Below, in pieces: positions 57,842 through 64,000 of a stretch of DNA of 64,000 nt. Source of the stretch: Candidatus Sysuiplasmataceae archaeon (GTDB lineage: Archaea > Thermoplasmatota > Thermoplasmata > Sysuiplasmatales > Sysuiplasmataceae); contig JBJKPR010000056.1 in NCBI GenBank assembly GCA_046706185.1, positions 11,094 to 75,093 of the forward strand, read 5' to 3'. The stretch's first letter is position 1; every line of letters starts with the position of its first letter. The position numbers and the translations under genes were made by a program. Below the pieces are notes generated by a model that saw only the letters and a list, made by a program, of their open reading frames with translations, did not search any database and was not told the origin of the DNA.

Positions 57842-59252
57842 TGGAAGCACTGCCCCCAAGTAACCCCATGACCCGATCGGCCATGACCTTGTGTCCTGTC
57901 CAGAGCCTGAAAGAGTGCACCGCCTGTCTCGCAAGAAGTTCATGGCCACCCACGAACATGGATGACTGACTGGCTGCAAGCTGCATGAACGGGGTCCGGT
58001 GACCGGAATAAACAAAGTCGACAATCGCCCCGAATTCGCATTCGAGCAGGTAGTCAGGCAGCTTCTCATCGGCCGAAGCCATGCCCAGCGGAGTGCAGTT
58101 CACGAGAAGGTCGAACGATCCGCGTTTGCCGTCGAATTCCTGAAGGCCGAATTCAGCCGCCAGGCTCTTCCTGCTTTGTGCATTCCTGGCAGCGATGCTG
58201 GTCGATGTATTGCGCAGAGCATAGGCGGCAGCCCTTGCTGCCCCTCCGCTTCCGAATATAAGGGCACTCTCGTGCCTGAGACCGGAGAGAACTTCGGAGA
58301 AGGCGGTCACGTCCGTATCGTAGCCCGTGAACCTGCCCTCCCTGCATACAACAGTATTGACGGCACCTGCAGCTGAGGCAGTTGCGTCAGACCCGTCCAC
58401 GAGCTGAAGCGCTTCTTCCTTGAAAGGCATTGTGACGTTGAAACCGTCGATTTCAGCATATCTCGCTGCGTCGAAGAAATCGCGGAGCTCCTCCCTGTCT
58501 ACAGGGTACCTGAGGTACAGGCCAGTAGTTCCGCTCTCCTCAAGGAGGGTGCTGTGTATCAATGGCGAGAGGCTGTGATCGGTCGCTTCCTTCGAGCCGA
58601 CTATGCCCAGTACTGCGCCGTTTCTGGCAGAGAGCATCTCTCCAACGGTGAGCTGCCCGGCGGCTGTTCCATCACCTGTCGCGGGACGCGCGTATGAGAC
58701 GGGCGACCCTTTCCGCAGAGAGGCTATCCTGGATAGTGTTCCCTTCTCTCCTGTCGAAAACGCAATTGCCTGCCTTTGACCCTGCGGGAGCCCGTCCGCA
58801 GCTTTGCACGGAAGCACAGATCTTGCATACCCTCCGCCGGTGTTGATGCACTTCACCACCGAGGCGGCAGACATGCCTGAAAGCATCAGGTCAACCGCCT
58901 CCTCCCTGGAATGAAGTTCTCCGTGGAAAGAAAGTATGAGCCTGTCCTTCAGCTCCTGGGGCAGATCGGGCCAGCCTGAGTCCGTCCTCTCAAGGTCGAC
59001 AAAGTCGAATAAACCGGCGATCCTCCTCATCCCCTCTCCGGCCAGCAGCTCAAGAGATTTGCCCTTGAATGTTGCTATGGTCTTTGCCTGGATTGAAGAG
59101 AGGAGGATAAGGTCATCGAAAGTAGGCGTCGTGAGACTGTCGATCCTGAACTCCACACCCTCGGCTCCGCGAGCGAGTGAAGCGAGGGCCGTTGAGATCA
59201 TTTCTGGTATACTGCCTGATGAGATTGATGCGCATATCAACTGGAACTTCAC
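57834..59252 (-). CDS. aroDE: Type I dehydroquinate dehydratase / shikimate dehydrogenase fusion
   Basis: EFRID, ILSFH, VVK and AAGQ (AroD); HSLSP, NVTMPFK, GAVNT and GSGGAARA (AroE). Confidence 0.92.
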   Translation of the reverse strand: MKFQLICASISSGSIPEMISTALASLARGAEGVEFRIDSLTTPTFDDLILLSSIQAKTIATFKGKSLELLAGEGMRRIAGLFDFVDLERTDSGWPDLPQELKDRLILSFHGELHSREEAVDLMLSGMSAASVVKCINTGGGYARSVLPCKAADGLPQGQRQAIAFSTGEKGTLSRIASLRKGSPVSYARPATGDGTAAGQLTVGEMLSARNGAVLGIVGSKEATDHSLSPLIHSTLLEESGTTGLYLRYPVDREELRDFFDAARYAEIDGFNVTMPFKEEALQLVDGSDATASAAGAVNTVVCREGRFTGYDTDVTAFSEVLSGLRHESALIFGSGGAARAAAYALRNTSTSIAARNAQSRKSLAAEFGLQEFDGKRGSFDLLVNCTPLGMASADEKLPDYLLECEFGAIVDFVYSGHRTPFMQLAASQSSMFVGGHELLARQAVHSFRLWTGHKVMADRVMGLLGGSASNA

Positions 59253-60277
59253 CTTTCTTGTATTGTCTCGTCTACCTTCATTCCGAAGTGCCTGCCCCCG
59301 TCGCTGACATGCACGAGTACCTTGTCGCCCTTCTTGAGTGATGTCACGGGAAGGGCACCTGTGCCGGAGCAGAGGTTGACTGTTTCCGCATTCTGGAGAA
59401 TAATGCTGCAGTCTTTCCCTCCCGCACGTGCCTGCACAAGCAGCAGTGGCCTTCTTTCTATCTTTACCCTCCCCACAGTGACGAGCCTCACTGTTCCGTC
59501 ATTCCTGACGGCGAGCACCTCGCTTCCTGCCGAGAGTTCTGAAAGGTATCCTGTCCTCCCCTCCGGGAGGGCTATATAGGAATGGACCGGGCCGGCGTTG
59601 ACCCTGAAGGGCCGTGAGTTCACATACCTTGTCTCGAGCGTCTCCGAGTGAACCAGGAACGAGGCCGAGGACTGGGAACCTACAAGCATCCCTTCTCCGA
59701 CTTCCAGAAGGGAGCATGTGTCCACACATACACGATCGCCCATGCCCGCCGGAGTAACGGACATGATTTCAGCCTCCTGAAGTGCAAATGCGTGTACGGC
59801 CCCAGCTGTAAGCGAGGAGAATTCACCCAGTGCAGAAGGAGAGGACGGTGATATGAGCAGGCCGTTGACACCTTTTTCCAGCGTCTGCATGAAGAGGCGA
59901 GCTTCGGATACCGTGCGGACCTCGGCTATCAGTTTCACGTTTCTTGAACCGCACTGGGCTATCAGGTTCTCAAGGGGTATTACCTTCCAATCGCTGGTCT
60001 CCACCACGAGATACTCGCAGTCAAGCTCTTCATCGGCCGGCATGTCATCCGCGCTCCTGATTGCGATGAACCTGCCGGATCTCCGGCCGTCAACAACCAC
60101 GCTGCCGTCTTCGATCAGTATCGGTATGAAGTTGGCAGCAGAGGTCATGCCCGCGTCTTCACTCCTTACAACGATCTCGGAGAAGCCCCTTTGAATGGAT
60201 TCCAGAATAGTGTGCTGCCTTGCGGCAGCATCCCCTATGTTGTCAGTCCTGACCCAGAGTATGAGACCGGCAGTCAA
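59249..60277 (-). CDS. aroB': 3-dehydroquinate synthase II (alternative pathway)
   Basis: DWKVIPLENLIA, GDRVCVDT, RPFRVNAG, YLSEL, KIERRPL, LQNAET, RHFG. Confidence 0.96.
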   Translation of the reverse strand: MTAGLILWVRTDNIGDAAARQHTILESIQRGFSEIVVRSEDAGMTSAANFIPILIEDGSVVVDGRRSGRFIAIRSADDMPADEELDCEYLVVETSDWKVIPLENLIAQCGSRNVKLIAEVRTVSEARLFMQTLEKGVNGLLISPSSPSALGEFSSLTAGAVHAFALQEAEIMSVTPAGMGDRVCVDTCSLLEVGEGMLVGSQSSASFLVHSETLETRYVNSRPFRVNAGPVHSYIALPEGRTGYLSELSAGSEVLAVRNDGTVRLVTVGRVKIERRPLLLVQARAGGKDCSIILQNAETVNLCSGTGALPVTSLKKGDKVLVHVSDGGRHFGMKVDETIQER

Positions 60278-61071
60278 CTGTGCACCAACATTTTCATTGC
60301 TTCATCCTGCGTCGTTTCCTGGAATAGCATCGAGCTCACCGCAGCGGTAATTTTCCTGGGTTCCTTGTGCTGCCATATGTTCCTCCCTATCGAGACGCCC
60401 TTGGCCCCCGCCTTCATCGAACCGGCAACCATTGCGAGCACTTCCCGATCCGAATCAATCTTGGGACCGCCAGCGATCAGTATCGGGGCAGGACAGCCCC
60501 TGACAACTTCCCTGAACGTCTCTTCGTCGCCTGTGTAGTTCACCTTCACGACGTCGGCTCCCATCTCTGCGCCAACTCTTGCGACATGCTTTATCAGGTC
60601 AACGTCGTAGGGGTCGCCTATGTCCTTGCCGCGGGCATACATCATTGCCAAAAGCGGCATTCCCCAGTTCCTGCAGTCGGCAACTATCGAACCCATGTCC
60701 TGAAGCATCTTCTCATCGTCGTCCGAGCCAACGTTGACATGTATGGAGACGCCGTCCGCTCCGAGCTGTATTGCCTCCTCCACGTCCGTGACTATCACCT
60801 TACTGTTCGGCCTTGGAGAGAGGCTTGTGCTTGCCGAAAGGTGAACGATGAGCCCGACATCCCTTCCGTATCCCCGGTGGCCGTGCTCGACCAAACCTTT
60901 ATGTATGACAATCGCAGTCGCGCCACCAAGTGACACGCTATTAATTGTCTCCTGAATGTCGACGATGCCTGGAATAGGCCCGTCGGAAATTCCGTGGTCC
61001 ATGGGGACGACAAGTGCGTTTCCTGTATTCCTTTCAAAAATCCTTTCGAGTCTGATATCTTTTCCGATCAT
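60274..61071 (-). CDS. aroA': 2-amino-3,7-dideoxy-D-threo-hept-6-ulosonate (ADH) synthase
   Basis: MIGKDIRLERIF, PMDHG, HLSAST, AMMY, GADVVK, AGGPK, GRNIWQ; adjacent to aroB'. Confidence 0.93.
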   Translation of the reverse strand: MIGKDIRLERIFERNTGNALVVPMDHGISDGPIPGIVDIQETINSVSLGGATAIVIHKGLVEHGHRGYGRDVGLIVHLSASTSLSPRPNSKVIVTDVEEAIQLGADGVSIHVNVGSDDDEKMLQDMGSIVADCRNWGMPLLAMMYARGKDIGDPYDVDLIKHVARVGAEMGADVVKVNYTGDEETFREVVRGCPAPILIAGGPKIDSDREVLAMVAGSMKAGAKGVSIGRNIWQHKEPRKITAAVSSMLFQETTQDEAMKMLVHS

Positions 61072-61098
61072 GGTAAATCTTGTCAGGTTTCTAGCCAC

Positions 61099-61144
61099 AC
61101 AACATATTTATACATTATTGTACAGATATATGCGCTGAAGTACA
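61099..61144. promoter_or_regulatory. Phased TRP boxes over overlapping divergent TATA elements
   Basis: TATACA 61109, TGTACA 61119, AGTACA 61139 (weak matches at 61099 and 61129), 6+4-bp period. TTTATA core serves both strands. Confidence 0.8.
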
Positions 61145-61644
61145 TGTGGGAAGATATCGCACGCGAATTCGGCATTTACCCGGGCCAGTCCAAGGTCGCC
61201 CGGATGATGATCAAGTTAGGTCTGCGGGTCAGGGATGCGAAGATATTTTGCGGCAACGTAAGGCTGAGTGATGTGGCGCTGGCCAGGTCGGTTGGTGTTG
61301 ACCGGCGGGTAGTAAGAGCGACAGCCGAAACAATAAGCAGAGACCCTGAGCTGATGAGGTTCTTCGGGAACCTCCAGCCAGTGGCAAACCTGAGTCAGGT
61401 GGCCCATGATATGAAGTGGGGAACGGTGGAGATCAGTGTAGACAACGCGGACCAGCCAGGCATACTTGCAGACGTTTCCAGGATCATAGCGGATGCGGGT
61501 ATCAGCATCAGGCAGGCCATCGTTGAGGATCCGGAGCTCAACGAAGACCCGAAGCTTTATGTCGTGACAGGTTCGGAAGTGCCTGCAGAACTGATACCGC
61601 TGCTCAGGAATGCGAAGGGAGTGAGGGAACTCACTTTGAGGTGA
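61144..61644 (+). CDS. trpY: TrpY-family ACT-domain regulator
   Basis: Starts MW (conserved Trp2), LARSVGVDRRVV HTH, ACT domain PGILA..ISIRQ..EDPE; divergent from the aro/trp operon. Confidence 0.88.
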   Translation: MWEDIAREFGIYPGQSKVARMMIKLGLRVRDAKIFCGNVRLSDVALARSVGVDRRVVRATAETISRDPELMRFFGNLQPVANLSQVAHDMKWGTVEISVDNADQPGILADVSRIIADAGISIRQAIVEDPELNEDPKLYVVTGSEVPAELIPLLRNAKGVRELTLR

Positions 61645-61658
61645 TGCGCGGGCAGCTC

Positions 61659-64000
61659 TCAGATCCTGACCAGACCGGGTCTTCCCGATATTCCGAATTC
61701 GATTGCCTCGGCCATGAGCCTGGCTCCCCTTATTGTTGTGACAAGCGGTATGCCTGTTTCGACGGCAACACGCCTCATCATCGAGCCGTCACGGACGCTG
61801 CCGGAGGCTATTCGGGGTGTGTTTATTACGAGGGACACTTTCCCTGACCTCATTAGTCCGATCGCGTCCGGTTTCAGCTTCTCTGCCAGCTTGTACGCCC
61901 TTTCGGCACCTATGCCGTGGTTCTCCAGGAATTCCTGTGTACCTCTTGTTGCATATATCCCGAAGCCGAGCGACCTGAGCTTCTCCGCTATCGGAAGCAG
62001 CTGCTCCTTGTCCGTGTCCCTGACTGTCAGGTAAACTGAACCGGCCGTGGGCAGCCTGTACCCTGCGGCGGTGAACCCTTTCCATGCCGCCTCTGCATAG
62101 CTGCGCCCTATGCCCATCACCTCGCCTGTGCTCTTCATTTCCGGCCCCAGCACGCTGTCGACTCCCCTGAGTTTGAGGAATGGAAAAACCGAGACCTTCA
62201 CCGCTATCCTTTCCCCGATCCTGCTTCTCAGGTCAAATTCATCTAGTGAATGGCCCAGGATCGCCTTCGTCGCAATCTTGGAGAGGGGTATGCCCGTTGA
62301 CTTCGATACGAAGGGCACTGTCCTGCTCCCCCTCGGGTTCGCCTCCAGAACATAAACCTTCCCGTCTTTCACCGCGAACTGGTAGTTGGCCAGCCCCTTG
62401 ACGTGAAGGGAAGCGGTCAGCAGGTTTGCCTGCCTTTCGATCTCCGCCACTTCATCCGAAGTCAGTGTCTGCGGAGGCATTACCATCGTTGCATCGCCGG
62501 AGTGTACGCCTGCGGCCTCAACATGCTCAAGTATGCCGCCTATGAATGCCTTCGTGCCGTCGGAGACAACGTCGACGTCTACCTCCACAGCATTGGAGAG
62601 GTAACGCTCTATGAGCAGTCCGTTGCTACTCGATAATCCGGTGTCGGAGAGATAAGACTTCATCTGATCCTCGTCAAAGACTATCTCCATCCCCCTGCCC
62701 CCTATGATGTGCGAAGGTCTCAGTATCAGAGGGTAGGAAAGCCTGCTTGCGGATGCAAGCGCCTCACCCACGGAGAACGCCTCCAGCGATGCTGGCTGCT
62801 CCAGTCCCAGCCCCCTGACGAAGTCTGAAAACTGCTTCCTGTTTCCTGCAAGGAGGAGAGAGGAAGGCGGTGTTCCGAGGACGGTGACAAGCGGTTCGCC
62901 GTTCAGTTCCATTGCTGCATTGAGCGCGGTCTGGCCCCCGAACTGGGTCATTATCCCCAGCGGCTTCTCACGCCTGACAACATCCATTATGTCGTTGCGT
63001 GTCAAAGGTTCAAAATACAGCCTAGAGCTCAGGTCGAAGTCAGTGGATACAGTTTCCGGGTTGTTGTTGATGATCACTGCATCGTACCCTTCCTCTCTCG
63101 AGGTTATTGCCGCATGGACACAGCAGTAGTCGAACTCAATTCCCTGGCCAATGCGAATCGGGCCGCCGCCGATTATCAGTATTCCTTTCCTGCCGGACTC
63201 CCTTACCTCATCGGCTCCCCTGGTTGTTCCGTAATAGTAGGGAGTCTGTGCCTCGAACTCCGCAGCGCACGTATCCACCATCCTGAAGACCCTGCCTCCC
63301 GAGTAGTGGGTGCCCGCGAGCTGCGACAGGTAATCGGGGCTGAACCCGAGACGAAGCGCCTCTTCCACAGCCCCCTCCTCCCCCGCTTTCACTGCGGCAG
63401 CAGTGTCCACCATTAGCTTCATCTTGTTGAGGAAGAAGGCGTTCCAGCCGCATTCCCTCCTGATCCTTCCCACCGGAAAGGAGCGGCGGAGCGCCTCGAT
63501 TATCGCATATATGCGCCTGTCTGACGGTCTTCTCAGCTCCTCAACTATCTGCCTGTCCGGCCAGGAGCCGACATCACCGGTATCGAGGTCCATGAGCCCC
63601 ACCTCAAGTGACCTGAGTGCCTTCAGCATGGCCTCCTCGAACGACCTTCCGATTGCCATTGTCTCACCGGTGCTCTTCATCTGCGTCCCGATATTCCTGT
63701 CCGCAAACCTGAACTTGTCAAACGGCCATCTGGGTATCTTGACAACGACGTAGTCAAGCGCAGGTTCGAATGCGGCCATAGTTTTCTTTGTGATCGCATT
63801 CTCTATCTCGTCAAGTCGCAGGCCAAGCGCTATCTTCGCGGCAACACGAGCTATCGGGTAGCCCGTGGCTTTCGATGCAAGCGCCGAGCTCCTTGAAACG
63901 CGCGGGTTTACCTCCACCACCCTGAAATCGCGCGTGCGAGGGTGGACGGCAAACTGAACATTGCAGGCACCTTCAATTCCCAGGATCTCTACGATCCTCA
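61659..64000 (-). CDS. carB: Carbamoyl-phosphate synthase large subunit (5' end outside window)
   Basis: EVNPRVSRSSALASKATGYPIA, GQGIEFDY, HSGD, C-terminal MGS domain; frame continues to the window edge. Confidence 0.97.
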   Translation of the reverse strand, partial: RIVEILGIEGACNVQFAVHPRTRDFRVVEVNPRVSRSSALASKATGYPIARVAAKIALGLRLDEIENAITKKTMAAFEPALDYVVVKIPRWPFDKFRFADRNIGTQMKSTGETMAIGRSFEEAMLKALRSLEVGLMDLDTGDVGSWPDRQIVEELRRPSDRRIYAIIEALRRSFPVGRIRRECGWNAFFLNKMKLMVDTAAAVKAGEEGAVEEALRLGFSPDYLSQLAGTHYSGGRVFRMVDTCAAEFEAQTPYYYGTTRGADEVRESGRKGILIIGGGPIRIGQGIEFDYCCVHAAITSREEGYDAVIINNNPETVSTDFDLSSRLYFEPLTRNDIMDVVRREKPLGIMTQFGGQTALNAAMELNGEPLVTVLGTPPSSLLLAGNRKQFSDFVRGLGLEQPASLEAFSVGEALASASRLSYPLILRPSHIIGGRGMEIVFDEDQMKSYLSDTGLSSSNGLLIERYLSNAVEVDVDVVSDGTKAFIGGILEHVEAAGVHSGDATMVMPPQTLTSDEVAEIERQANLLTASLHVKGLANYQFAVKDGKVYVLEANPRGSRTVPFVSKSTGIPLSKIATKAILGHSLDEFDLRSRIGERIAVKVSVFPFLKLRGVDSVLGPEMKSTGEVMGIGRSYAEAAWKGFTAAGYRLPTAGSVYLTVRDTDKEQLLPIAEKLRSLGFGIYATRGTQEFLENHGIGAERAYKLAEKLKPDAIGLMRSGKVSLVINTPRIASGSVRDGSMMRRVAVETGIPLVTTIRGARLMAEAIEFGISGRPGLVRI

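Noticed and set aside
1..64000. CRISPR arrays, tRNA/rRNA genes, IS elements, integrases
   Set aside because: No repeat-spacer periodicity, tRNA T-arm/cloverleaf or transposase/integrase motifs seen by eye; dedicated scans were not run.

Overview
A 64-kb stretch of archaeal chromosome, probably Thermoplasmata-like. This is inferred from TrmB, TrpY, the GHMP-type shikimate kinase, a rusticyanin/sulfocyanin-like protein, KaiC-like ATPases and TATA-led short-leader genes. I saw no tRNA, rRNA, CRISPR array or recognisable transposase. The left part holds accessory genes (hydrolase, GNATs, flavodoxin, blue-copper protein, two ABC-2 exporters) and a TrmB-linked sugar ABC operon with two glycogen-debranching-like hydrolases. 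The middle holds a GNAT/ADP-forming acyl-CoA synthetase fusion, a ThrC-like enzyme plus CysO-like sulfur carrier divergent from an XRE-CBS regulator, gdhA, htpX, an Sfm1-like SPOUT methyltransferase, a KaiC-like triplet and a MacB/FtsX-type ABC system. The right part is a 16-gene, ~16-kb aroA'-aroB'-aroDE-aroK-aroA-aroC-tyrA-asd-lysC-trpEGDCFBA superoperon, divergent from trpY with phased TRP boxes, followed by a partial carB. Best leads: (1) the TrpY superoperon carrying its own aspartokinase/Asd; (2) the sulfur-carrier/ThrC-like module with a visible twin operator; (3) an unannotated stand-alone 21-aa Lys/Ala micro-gene; (4) several other small or recoded ORFs missed by the ORF track. All calls come from reading motifs by eye; no database searches were run.
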